Source: Octopus vulgaris (taxonomy: Eukaryota). From it: a DNA stretch of 64,000 bases. Both the position numbers and the translations under genes were made by a program. The stretch covers positions 20,584,001 to 20,648,000 of the forward strand of contig OX597836.1 in assembly GCA_951406725.2 (NCBI GenBank). The letters run 5' to 3'. The notes beneath the pieces were generated by a model. It had not been told where the DNA came from and ran no database searches. It saw only the letters and a list, made by a program, of their open reading frames with translations. Positions 25,990 to 40,039 of the stretch are shown piece by piece (position 1 is the first letter of the stretch; every line of letters starts with the position of its first letter).

Positions 25990-27759
25990 TGCACACATAT
26001 ATATGATGCAGATATTGTAATGACCGAAGTGAAAAGTTACTGATAAATTCTATAGAATTACCATTCAAAACTATGGGGAACAAAACTAACTGTTCCAAAG
26101 ATGTCTCAGGGCCTACCTTCTCCTTGGCTGTGAATATTAACACCACTGTTCCTAGTATACATCATAACCATATCAAGAGAAATAGACCAGACAGCAATAT
26201 TATTTAAATAACACAAGATACCTCAAAGATGGGTCAATAAAGAAAATTCTCTCCTTAAGGAATAGATTCACATATAATGCCACATGATCTGGCTATGGCC
26301 ATGTCTCTATATCTCAGTGACAGGGACAAACCTTATTGCCTATCTCTATGGTTTGCCTTGGCCCTAGGATAGGGATGTGGAGTTCTGCAAAAGGCAAATG
26401 ATTCACTGGCTCTCCATCGGTTATGACAATGAGGGTTTCCAATTGATTCAATTAACAGAACAACCTGCTTGTGAAATTAATGTACAAGTGGCTGAGCACT
26501 CCACAGACAAGCACACCCTTATTGTAGTTCTTAGGGATATATGGTATAATACAGCTGGCCTTTTGAAATATAGGTACTACTAATTTTTGCCACCTGAGTG
26601 GACTTGAGCAATGTGAAATAAAGTGTCTTGCTCAAGGATACAATGAGTTACCAGGAATCAAGCTTATGGTTACAGGCTAACCACTAAGCTACACTGATAA
26701 CAGCTGGCAAAATCACAAGTTCAGTTCTTCTCACAAGTTCAGCTTTGGACTGACTCAAGCCTGTTGAGTAAAAAAACTATATTGGAAACTGTGCAGAAGC
26801 CCATTACATGAGATGACCCTATTACTGGGTGGTACATTGATTCATCATGTGGTTTAACACAACCATCTGGCTCTTAGGTGTCTGCAGTAGAATCCATTAT
26901 TTGGTAAACATTTGATCCAAGTCTTTGGATTGAAGAATTTTAAATCTCCTTCCTTTTACCCCACAAAAAGGTCAAAGATCCTGCCCTTTCCCCACTTTCA
27001 CTAACTCTTCTCCAAAATCTTCCAGTTTTTCTCTGGGTTAGTGGTAGCATTCACTTTCTGAAGCACTTGTTCTAGAGCATTAACCTTTACAGATTGGAAT
27101 AAATTACATTGCTTAGAGGAAGAAGAGAAGCAGAATTGATCATTGGTGACAGATATAACGTTTTAGTGGTGTTGCTGGGTAAATAATCTATTTATTCAGC
27201 ATCTCTTGTAAACATTTCATCACTCTCCGACAAACGGTTCCGCCCGAAATATCAGACTCTTCGTCGTCCTCACAGTAAATTAATTTCTTTCATTTTGTGA
27301 ACTGTTTGTACTTAGTATTTACTGCCAATAGTTTTCTCAGATTTAACCATTCACTTCTAAAGCAACAACAGTCTCCTGTAATAAATGTTTGTAATGTCGA
27401 TCAATTCAATATGACAAGCATCACAGAACAAAAACTAAGCTTGTAGCATGACAAGTCCATTCTAATTTGCATTTACATTTGAAGCTAATTCACTTCACTT
27501 GGGTAACTCATGTTTATGCTTTGAGGAAATAAAAAAAAATGGACATCAGAGTGTTGATCTTTCCTTCATCTCCTGATAAATTTCTGTTCATATGCCTAAA
27601 GTAAACAAACCAACCATTTATATTGGAATTGTTTTAAACCCGTCGGGTTCCAATCCATCTGAGAATCTAAGACCACTTTGGATTCTGTGATGTAAAACGT
27701 CTCATTTTCAATAAATTTGGGTCTTACATAAGATTATTATAATCATTTTATGTCTATTA

Positions 27760-28128
27760 TCTTTTACGTGCTTCAGTCATTAGACTGTGGCCATGCTGGG
27801 GCACCACTTAGAAGAATTTTTAGCTGAACGAATCAACCTCAGTACTTTTTTTAAGCCAGGTACTTAGTCAGTCTCTTTTGACAAACTGCTAAGTTAAGGG
27901 GGACGTAAACAAACCAATACCAGTTGTTAAGCAGTGGTGGGGGACAAACATAGACACACATTCACATATATGATGGGCTTCTTTCAGTTTCTGTCTATCA
28001 AATCCACTTACAAGGCTTTGGTTGGCCTGAGGTTATAGTAGAAGACACTTGCCCAAGGTGCCAGGCAGCGGGATTAAACCCAGAACCATGTAGTAGGGAA
28101 GCAAGCATATTACCACACAGTCACACCT
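27760..28128 (-). mobile_element. SINE family A, older copy
   Basis: Diverged match to 2384-2758; similar copies at 24190-24580 and 35805-36170. Confidence 0.8.
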
Positions 28129-30340
28129 AATTAATTAAAGCACATAAAAGTTTAGGTTGTTAATATATGTCACAAAGAATCATCAACTTACAGCTTTTCA
28201 AGAAGAACCTTTAATCACATCAATATCATTAGTCTTGAAGGACCTGAGAATGTCAGAGGGGAGTGGGGTATATCCCTTCCTCTCAACCAAACCATTAAAA
28301 TTTGGCAAATTGGTAGAAGTGTCAGAATGTCATATAAAGTGCTTTGAGGTATTTGTTCCAGTTCTCAGTACTCTGAGCTCAAAATCACCCCGACTTCCAC
28401 CCCACCAAGGTCAACATTGTCCTTCACATGGGGCCAATAAATAAGGTACCAATTCAGAACAGTGGAATGGTGGAATTGTCAGGGTATTGAACCAAGATGT
28501 CTTGCAACATCTGTTGTGAATTTTTGCCTTCTGAGTTTGAATTCTACTCCCTGGCACCAACTACTTCATGTTGTGAAGTCCAATGGAACAACAATAAGCT
28601 TTTAACGTTAGTAGATAGAGTGATGCCGTTGATTGGAGCAATATCTCGGTCACATCAATATGCATGAATGCAAATGGACCTTGCATTAAAAGTGTGATAA
28701 ACACTAGAACAGAATATAATATAATGCATATTTGTGTGTGTGTATGTATCTTTATGTATGCATGTGTCACTAGTCCACCATACAATAAGGAGAACTAATA
28801 TCGAAACCGATAATTCTAATACCATTAATTTTCTGATGTATTAATAACCAATTAAAAACTTCCATTTAGATCTAATTAAATATAAGACCCCAATAAGCCT
28901 TAGTGCAGAATGAAGCAACAAAAGAAGCAATAAAACTAGACCCAATCCTTCATTAGATAAAAGGAAAACCCTAAACCTCTCGAACTACAAAAGTGATACA
29001 ATCAATATGAGGAAGAACATACTCATGACTGAAACAAAACTGTGGAACATATACAACGACACAATCATCATAACAGCAATTTTAATTCAAATGAACAAAT
29101 GGACATATATACCCGATCTACTGGAAATCATTATAGTTTTGACACCTAGCAGCACCTATATGAATCTATCTCAGAATACTGAGTGCTTCTGTAACTCTTT
29201 TCCCATCACACCTCACTTTTATCCTTATCACAGAGATACTTCTACCTTTCATGCCTCTCATTCACTAACGTTGTTGATGAGTGAGAAGAGATGCAGGGTT
29301 ATAAGGTCCTTTGGTTATGTTGAAGACCTGGCAGTCTCTCTAGTGCTGGGCCACAAAAAAAAGCCCCTTGCACACTCTGTAAAGTGGTCGATGTTAAAAA
29401 GGGCATTTGGTCATAAAAGCCAAGCTATAAATGAAAAGGGAGTAGTACCACTCAATATGTATGGACTCTGGCCATGACAAGTGTCCAACCCATGGAAATG
29501 TAAAACAATGGTGATTTCATATAGCTCATAATCATTTTGGTGTCTACTTTTCTATGTTCACATGGGTTGGACAGAATTTGTCAAGGCAGATTTTCTAGCC
29601 TTCCTGTCACCACCCGTCACCTGTTTCAGTGTAGGATAATATTTTCTCATTGCCAGATATGTTTTGATGGAAATTTGGGAACAAAGATAGCATTTGGATG
29701 ATGGTGCTGCTCACTTACAACTATGACACAATGTCAAGGCAAGACAATAATAACACATACACAATGGGCTTCTTTCAGCTTCTATCTATCTATCTATCTA
29801 CCTATCTATCTATCAACACACATCATTCAAATGCCAATATGATTTAATAAAACTGCCAACAGCTATAATAAAAGCTTTCAATAACACAAAAGAAATAGTG
29901 GGCACTTGCCCAAGATTTCAATTTTTGTCGTATTTGTACCATAAGCGCCTAAAAGACAACATCTGATGTGTGAAGAAAGAACAAACAAAAGGGGATAGGG
30001 TTAAAAGATAATTTTTCTCTTATGGCTTAGCCATATTTCTTCATATTTTATTGGCTGGTTCCATGTATACTTTCATCTAATTTGATAACCAGCAACGCTA
30101 CACAGGCAACAAATTTAATATAAAATCATAAATAAATGGCTATTTATGATCATGTGTATCTTTATGAGTGTGTGTATGAGCATGTGTGGGTGTGTGAAAC
30201 TTATATATAAAAAATGCATCTAAAAGAGATAATTATGATATTTGTTCTATTTCAATGACAGTTAACCATTTACCTTCATTCTAAGGCTGCTACCTAGTTT
30301 TTTTATACATACATATAAGTATGGACCATGTGTGTATATG

Positions 30341-30376
<36 letters not shown>

Positions 30377-32263
30377 CATGTCTGTGTGTATACTTATGTA
30401 TGTATATAATGTATATAAACACACACAGACATATATATGTATATAAGCATGCACACACATAAATATATACATACCCATATATATATATAGTAACATTCAT
30501 TTATATACACATATACATATATATATGCATACACATGTACGTATACGCCTACAAATATGTATACAAAAATTATTTAGAAAGATGTATTGTGCATCTGTGC
30601 ATGTGTTGATGTATATATTTGTGCATACATGTGTGACTGTTCCTATGCATGTATGTGTTTGTGCTCTTAGCAAGATATGGAGATGCATGTATACATAGAT
30701 TAATATATCTGTGAGCATGTGTGATTATGTGTGTGTGTGTGCATGTGAGCATTCTGCTGTATGATGTGTGTGTATGTATATATGTGTGCAGGTAGAGTGA
30801 TGGCCTGATATATATATATATATATATATATAGCTATTGATACAAATATATTTATGTGTATGAGGGCATCTGCTTATGTTTGTGTTTATACATACAAGTG
30901 ACTATGTGTGCGAGTATCTGTGCTTTTGTACTTAACAATATATGTGCTCATATGTATACATGTGCATATATGTGTCTGTGTGTGTGTGCATGTATTACTA
31001 CATGTGTAAATGTATATATGTGTGTGCTTATGCTTTTGTTATATTTTTTAAAAAGTGTTTCTTTTTATATTCATATTAGTTTCTCTTTTTTCTTTTTCCA
31101 ATTGTGACTTGGAACCCCCCCCCCCAAAAAAAAAAACAGATTTTTGCATCATTACTATTCCTGTTATTCTAAGGCATTGAACTGGCAGAATCATTAGCGC
31201 ATAATACAAAATGCACAGAGATGCTTTTTCCGGCTCTTTACATTCTGAATTTAAATTCCATCGAGGTCACATTTACCTTACATCCTTTTGAAGTCAACAA
31301 AATAAATATCAAACAGGGCAGGGGGGTCAATTAAATAAATTTCCAGTCAGGCACTGGGAGAGGGTGGGGGCAATGTAACCAATGAACCCCTCCAATTAAA
31401 ATTGCAGGCCTTGTGCCAAAGCAGCACCTTGGGCAAGTATCTTCTACTATAGCTTTGGGCTGTCCAAAGCCTTGTGAGTGGATTTGGTAGGCAGAAACTG
31501 AAACAAGTCTGTAGTGTGTGTGTATGTGTGTGTATATATATATATATATATAAGTAACATATGGTATATAATAGGGTAAATTTTAGCCATTTCTCTGCAG
31601 ACTAAAAAAAAATTATGAACCACCTTAATCAATTTTTGGACCTTTTTGGGTTCTCTTCAGAGGCATCCACATCATTCTGACAGGCTCCAGAGAAACAAAC
31701 AGCCAAACTGTTTATATACTCAACAAATGCAGCAGTTACTCTCTGAAGGGGTTCCTAATTTGCATACAGAAAGTGTTTAGCACTCTATAAATATCAGTGG
31801 CCTGTCAACAGGGATCTTAGTCCACAGAATATCAAGGTATGATGTAATATATATGTAATGTATGGTATAAACTAGGCAAATTTTAATCATTTCTCTGCAG
31901 ACTATGTATGTGTGTGTGTGCATTTGTCCCTCACCACAACTTGACAACTGGTGTTGATGTGTTTATATCCCCATAGCTTAGTGGTTTGGCAAAAGAGTCC
32001 AATAGTATAAGTACCAGACTTGACAGAAAAATAAGTAGTGGGACTCAATTCATTCATTGAAAACATGCCAAAGCTGAAACTGGAGCTCAGTGCATCCTGT
32101 AGCTTGCCAGATCCTGTAAAACCATCTAACTGATACCAGTATGGAAAATGGATGCTAAATAATGATGTTGATAAGTCGTCCTAACATCAACTTAGACTTT
32201 CATCCATCTGATTTCCATAAAATAATGTACAACAAAGTACAATGTAATTGACTAATTGCTGAA

Positions 32264-32312
<49 letters not shown>

Positions 32313-33209
32313 GTTTCAAATTTTGGTGCAAGGCCACCAATTGTGGTGGAGGTGTTAAGCTGATTACATTGATCCCAGTGCTCAACTGGTACTTATTTTA
32401 TCAACTCTGAAAGGATGAAAGGAAAAATCAACATCAGTGGAATTTGAACTCAGAACATAAAGATGAACAAAATGCTGCTAAGCATTTTGCCCTGCATGCT
32501 AACGATTCCACCAGCGCACCATCTTAAATAACAACAACAACAACAACAATTATTATTATTATTAGTGACAGCCCACTTTGTTCCAAATCAAATACTGTCC
32601 ATGTTTATCCTGTCCATCATATATAGTGCAATTTGGAATTCAGTTTTCAATTGTGGGATCAGGACATATACTCACAAAACTCGAAATACATTCTCCTCTA
32701 AATGTGAGTAGCTATGTAGTCCCTCTACAAAAATAACCTGCTCTGCCTCACCCCCTTCTTTCATATCTTAACCTTCATCCCCTTGCATAAAGCACTCGTC
32801 CTCTTCATTGTAGTATTCTTGCAAATAGTATGGCAATGAAGTTGTCAGTGGCAGAAAAAATACACCCAATACACTCAGCAAAGTGGTTGGAATTAGGAAG
32901 GGTGTCCAGCTGTAGAAACCTTGCCAAAGCAGACACTGGAGCATGATACAGCCCTTGGACCAGTGGGTCCTGTCAAATCATCTAATCAATACCAGCATGG
33001 AACATGAATGTTAAAAATAATGATGATGTATGCTTCCTTGTCTTGGTAGTTGTAAACGAATGTGACTGTCATACAAGCAGTGTCAATCATTTCCAATATT
33101 CTACAAAAACACGTCTGAACATGGGGAAATAAACAGATGTTTATTTCTACAGCCAATTAAACAACAGATGACATTTGAAATTATAATATTTAAATATAAA
33201 TAAACAGAA

Positions 33210-33615
33210 CGCATGAGTGGCTGTGTGGTAAGTAGCTTGCTAACCAGCCACATGGTTCCAGGTTCAGTCCCACTGCGTGGCATCTTGGGCAAGTGTCTTC
33301 TGCTATAGCCCCGGGCCGACCAATGCCTTGTGAGTGGAGTTGGGAGACGGACACTGAAAGAAGCCTGTCGTATATATGTATATATATATATAAGTGTGTG
33401 TGTATATGTTTGTGTGTCTGTGTTTGTCCCCATAGCATTGCTTGACAACCGATGCTGGTGTGTTTACGTCCCCGTCACTTAGCGGTTCGGCAAAAGAGAC
33501 TGATAGAATAAGTACTGGGCTTACAAAGAATAAGTCCCGGGGTCGATTTGCTCGACTAAAGGTGGTGCTCCAGCATGGCTGCAGTCAAATGACTGAAACA
33601 AGTAAAAGAGTAAAG
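33210..33615 (+). mobile_element. SINE family A, full length, plus orientation
   Basis: Reverse complement of 2384-2758 and 56428-56818. Confidence 0.9.
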
Positions 33616-34335
33616 AGAGAGAGAAAACAAAAAGAAGGATAAAAAAAGAAAAGGAGAGAGGGTAAAGCAGAAGATGGAGGAGGAGGGTGTGAAGGGCCAC
33701 ACACCCTGGAACAAATGGTGTGCTCAGTCACACCCTGTGGTAATGACCGTGACTGTATTGCTGCAGGGAATGGCCAGTGATACTTGTTGTACCAGCTACT
33801 TCTCCTCACAGGGATCATTTCTCAGGTGGGCAGCCACTATCCCAATTTTGCAGAGGAAATGGAGAAATATTACCTTCTGTGGATACAGGTGAGAATTAGC
33901 AACAGGAAGAGCATCCACCCATGGGAAATCTACCTAGGTAATAAACTTCATCAGACCCATGCAAGCATGGAAAAGTGAACACTTAATAATGATGATGACT
34001 TCCATATGTGTATGTGTTTGTGTGTGTGTGTGCACACACGTGTAATCATGCACACACACATACACACATATATACATATACATACATAATATCCCATATC
34101 ACTGTTTGATTATGTATAATTCCTAAAAATCAGTCAAAAACGAAATAATCATTTGATAGATTCTATTCTCTTTATTTATTCTAATGTTCATATCTACCCG
34201 TCTTCTACCCCACCCCACACACCTCATTCAATTTTGTTACAGGCCAACTCTTATCACACAGTTAGGAAAAAAAAAAAAAGAAAAAAGACTTCACTAATCA
34301 ATATTCAATATTTGTTTGAAGGAAAAAAAAGAACC

Positions 34336-34407
34336 AATAATAATAATAATAATAATAATGATAATATTAATAATAATAATATTAATAATAATAATAATAA
34401 TGATAAT

Positions 34408-34460
<53 letters not shown>

Positions 34461-34500
34461 TAATAATAATAAAAATAATGATAATATTAATAATACTAAT

Positions 34501-34588
<88 letters not shown>

Positions 34589-34722
34589 TTAATAATAATA
34601 ATATTAATAATAATAATATCAATAATAATAATAATAATAATAATAATATTAATAATAATAATAATTAATAATATTAATAATAATAATAATAATAATAATC
34701 ACGATGATGATGATGATGATCA
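34336..34722. repeat. (AAT)n microsatellite, about 385 bp
   Basis: Direct reading; another long tract at 43585-43722. Confidence 0.97.
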
Positions 34723-35052
34723 ATAAAATTAATGCATTTTCTCTTTTCTTCAATTAACAACAGATAATTTATTTGATGTTTCCTATTTTTTAAACATTAC
34801 CCCTCTCTTCTACAGAATTTTAAAGGAAAAAGATACAGTTCAAAGGAAGGACAAAAAAAGTGCATTATGTGCCATAAATCTAATGTTTGTAAAATAAAGA
34901 TTTGAAATTCTATCACATGTAATCAGGCAGTTTTATCTAAAACATTGCACATGTCATCACAAATTTGCTGTTTACACCAGAGGAAAATTTGTAATGCAAG
35001 TAAGCATATACTTATATATATATATGTATGTAAAATGTATGTAAAATGTATG

Positions 35053-35111
<59 letters not shown>

Positions 35112-35763
35112 AACATTGAATCTCAAAGCAAATATAGTTAAAATCCTTGGACAAAGAAAATTGAAGGCTGCCTGTAGTATATGACCCACATCTCCTGTAT
35201 GTGTGTGTGTGTATATATATATATATATCATCAACATCATCATTTAATGTCCACTTTCCATGCTGGCATGGGTTGGACGGTTTGACTGAGGGCTGGTGAG
35301 CCACAAGGCTGCACCAGGCTCCAATCTGATCTGGCAAAGTATCTACAGCTTGATGCCCTTCCTAACGCCAACCACTCCGAGAGTGTAGTGGGTGCTTTTA
35401 CTTGTCACCAGCACGAGGGCCAGTCAGGGAGTACTGGCATTGACCATGCTCAAATGGTGCTTTTAATGTGCCACCAGCATGGGAGCCAGTCAGCAGCCCT
35501 GGCAACGACCACAACGATGTTTTAGGTGAGCAGATATAAAGCCCTTAATACAGCTCCATTGCCTTTTGACTCAGCAAAATATCGAGTATGGGGGTGGGAG
35601 GGAAGAGCTGGAGGCAGTACAGGGCTGGTACACATTTACAGCAGTGTAGATTGGAGCAATGTGAAGTAAAGTGCCTAACTCAAAGACACAATGTGCCATA
35701 CAATCCAGGAAATGAACCTATGGTCTTGTAATCATGAGCCTAATGTCCCAAGTGAAGTACCTT

Positions 35764-35802
<39 letters not shown>

Positions 35803-36614
35803 ATTCTTTTATTTGTTTCAGTCAGTTGACTGCTGCCATGGTACTTCCTTTGGTCAAACAAATTGAGCCTGGGACTTAATCTTTGTAAGCCTAGTACTTA
35901 TTCTATTGGTCTGTTTTGTTGAACTGCTAAGTTACGGGGATGTAACACACCAACGTTGGTTGTCAATCAATGGTGGGGGGCAAATACAGACATACATACA
36001 TATATATGATGGTCTTCTTTCAGTTTCTGTCTACCAAATCCACTCACAAGGTTTTGGTTGGCCTGAGGCTATAGTAGAAGACACTTGCCCAAGGTGCCAT
36101 GCAGTGGGACTGAACCCAGAACCATGTGGTTGGGAAGCAAGCTTATTACCACACAACCACGCTTGTGCCCTTTTTGATTTGTTCAGTGGCTTTGATACCT
36201 CTGCAATTACTTGTTTCTAAGGCATCTCCTTTACCCTTTTAACAGTTGACTATGATGCTGCTATACCAATCATTGGGTATGATGCCTTTCTGTACAACCT
36301 GATCTGTGTATATACACACAAACACACACCAAACACATCAAATGGCGAGCAGTGGAAGTAAAAAAAAAAAAAACATTAAAAAAAAATGAATAAAAAAATC
36401 TATTAAAACAATTGAATAAAAGGGATATTTGGTAGATTATCTAAGCTAGTTTATGATTTATATTTTGACTTTTGATTCCAGAAATTGGTAGTAAATGAGG
36501 AACAAAATAACATCAACTATCTGATACTTGTATCAGAGATACTCATTTTTTTATCGCTACCTTATATCTATATATTTCTAATAGTCAACACTTCAAAGGA
36601 GGGATAATAATGAC

Positions 36615-36742
36615 AGAGAGGAGAGAGAGGGGCGAGAGAGAGAAGGAAGGAGGGAGGGAGAGAGAGGAAGGAGGGAGGGAGAGAGAGGAAGGAGGGAGGG
36701 AGAGAGAGGAAGGAAGGAGAGAGGGAGAGAGAGGAAGGAAGG
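36615..36742. repeat. Polypurine GA-rich minisatellite, about 21-bp unit
   Basis: Repeated gagagagaggaaggaggga units. Confidence 0.85.
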
Positions 36743-36977
36743 ATAAAAGAGAGCTTTCATGAGATGCATGTCTGTGATTGTTTTCAACGCAGAAGCACAT
36801 AACCTATCTGTCACTCTGGATTCAATTGGTTAGAAAATTTTATCATAGCTTGCATACAAACCACTGCTCTACAGTGATGTTGTTGCTGTTCAGCTTCACT
36901 CACTCCATCAGCAGTCCTGATGAAGCAGATCAATGATCAAAGATATTTCAGTTATAACCATCTCATTTTTTTTTTGT

Positions 36978-37019
<42 letters not shown>

Positions 37020-37670
37020 TCATCATCATCATCATCACCATCGTTTAACGTCCGCTTTCCATGCTAGCATGGGTTGGACGATTTGACTGAGGGCTGGCGA
37101 ACCAAGCTCCAGTCTTGATCTGGCAGAGTTTCTACAGCTGGATGCCCTTCCTAACGCCAACCACTCCGAGAGTGTAGTGATTGCTTTTACATGCCACCGG
37201 CACGGGGGCCAGTCTGGTGGTACTAGCAATGACCTCGCTCGAATTTTTTACACATGCCAATGGCACAGGTGCCAGTAAGGCGATACTGGTAACGATCATG
37301 CTCAAATGGTGTCATTTACGTGCCACCAGCATGGAGGCCAGATAGCCGCTCTGGCAACGATCACGCTCGGATGGTGCTCTTAATACCCTATATATATATA
37401 TATCTTGGACTACATTGTTAAGTGTACCAATCTTTTAGTGGGACAGTTACATTTAGTTTGAGAGAGAGCTGGTTGTTATTTCTAGTGGATAAAATGGACA
37501 TAAAGAGATTTTCTAAAAGAAAAAAAAAAACAAAAACAAAGAGAAACTCCTTTTTAGATGAACAAGAAGGAGCAGGTATAGTGTAAAATAAGCAGTTTTG
37601 GAAAAATTAAAACAAACTACATACTGGCGGAGAGAGGGGGAAGAGACAGAGAGAAGTTGTAGAGAGTGAG

Positions 37671-37728
<58 letters not shown>

Positions 37729-38194
37729 GGGGCATCCCTGGGGAATGCAATATTTTAAATGAACAAATGGTGGTAGTGCTACAACATGGTCTTAACCATG
37801 ATGGCTAAAAGTAAGTAAAGAACATGTAATAATGTCTGGTATGAGCTAGGATGAAAATAACAGCCTTGGAGGTAGGAAAGAAAGGTACAGGATAAACAGA
37901 AGAATTTGTATAGATTTTGGGTTGAGCTAGCATGGAGTGATGAATAAAGACAGATGAATCAGAGAAAACACACTGCACCTAATGGCCCTGCAAGTATAGG
38001 TCTTCACAAACTTAACAAATGGACAGCTCTCTTCTGAATACAAATTTAGAATTTATTGGTTGAGGTAAAAGGAACCTTACAGATAGTGGTAATAATGATA
38101 TTCCAAAGGGAAGAGCATTTAGTTTTTTGTTCAAAGTCAATAGTTTCTCGAGTTAATATTTGCTTCTCAAACAAACTCCCGAAATACTACCATA

Positions 38195-39007
38195 TCCATT
38201 TCGATACCAATCCGCCTGAGACAGCCCCTGTTTCTAGGATATTAATTTCCTGTTTGAAAGTGAGCAAACTTAAAACTTTTCATTAACCAGCATGGCTGAC
38301 ACCATGGTCCCATGATACAACCCTGCCATTTTAAAATGATCTAAATCAAACCATCCCATCAAAACTTTCATGCTAATTTACATTTGAAAGACCAGATCAA
38401 CAACAGCAACCAAGTTATTTACTAAGTTTGTCATTATTTTCAAAATTAATTGAAACAAAAGCAGCATATTTCAATACAAATATGGTAACAAAAGGATTAA
38501 ATATTGTATGGCAACTAGTCTATGTGTTAGCCACTCTCTGATTCAATGATATAAACTTCCTATTTTAAAGTAATTTAAATTAAGACCCTCTATTAAAATT
38601 TCATGTTCCAAACACCGGTTAACAATGGCAGTTATTTCATTAAATTTCTCATTATTTTCGAATTAAGTGAAACAAAGCCGGTGAATTTCAACAGAAATTT
38701 GGCAACAATGTGTTTAAAATTTCATGTTTCAAAGATCAACTTAATAACGAATAACGACAAAGTTATTTCACTGAGTTCTTTATCAATTTAAAAACTGAGA
38801 CAAAGACAATGTGTTTCAACAGAAATATGGTATCAAAAGGGTGAAACTGGCCTAAATAAAAAACTTCCATCAAAATTTTATGTCACATTACATTCCAGAC
38901 ATCAACTTAATTACGAAAGAATTTTTTTACTAACCTCTACATTATTTTCTAAATTAATTGAAACAATGACAGATTATTTTAACACCAACACAGTAACAAA
39001 AGGGTTA
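38195..39007. mobile_element. Cluster of same-orientation TTAA-MITE remnants
   Basis: Terminal motif aaatatggtaacaaaagggtt or variants ends near 38500, 38715, 38843 and 39006. Confidence 0.7.
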
Positions 39008-40002
39008 TTACAACTACATATCCACTTTCTGGCATCCACTACCAAACATGACTAATGAATAACACAATTGTGACATTTTACATTCTGTTTCTTCTCTCTC
39101 TTGATATAGAGGCCATTGGTATCTTCTTGTTTACATGACTAAATAACTAGTTTTGCATATTTGTGTAGTTTTTATTTATCGTATCACCCACAGCCTCCAC
39201 ACCCTTCTTTCTTTATTACAAATTTACTTCTGCTTAGTATTCAGGGTAGCAGTTGAGTGACTTCATAACAATCAGAAACGAACAGAACCAGATTATGAAA
39301 TAGCTTCCAAAAGTCAAGTTTTTATTTAGAGTAGAACTAGATACTGAATTTTAGAGAGCCAATGTACTGGAAAATTAAGAAAAACCAAAATACAAATAAT
39401 AATAATAATCCTTTTGGGGGCATTCATTCATTCATGATGTGGGCAATAATTTCATCAACTCTATTACAGATTCATTTCAGGGGAGACACTGGCTAATTCC
39501 TAAGGTTGACCCTCCAATATGTGGCCAAAGTTTTGTCTTGCACCATCAGTAATGTGATCTTGGTCCCTTTTATTGCCCCCAACATACCCAAAACCAATAT
39601 AAGTTGTGGTAACAAGATGAGGCAGTAAAAGTGCTACATTGGAAACTTTGTGAAAAGTGGGAGATAGAGAGAGGCAAGATGTAGTATAAGCATAAGCCAT
39701 GGAAAGTGGTGGAGTTGGAGATCTGCAAAACCCTGTGAGATTTTCCAATCCAAACAGATCAGGTGCTTGAGCACAGCAAATTGAAAATAGTGACACAAGG
39801 CCATCAATTTTAGGGGAGGGTTAAGTCAATTACATCAATCCCCAGTGTTCAACTGGTACCTATGATATTGAATCCGAAAGGATGAAATGCAAAGTTGACC
39901 GTGGCCAGATTTGAACCCAGAATGTAAAGATGGATGAAATGCCACTAAGCATTTTGCCCAGTGAGCCAACAATTCTACCAGCTTGCTGCCTCAATGATAA
40001 TA

Positions 40003-40039
<37 letters not shown>

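Noticed and set aside
33210-33290. tRNA genes at SINE heads
   Set aside because: A/B-box-like motifs run directly into SINE bodies and I could not fold a full cloverleaf.
36824-36835. Region beside a 12-nt AG/AGTGACAGATAG/GT segment near 36824
   Set aside because: The segment has a stop in the required phase and a weak donor.
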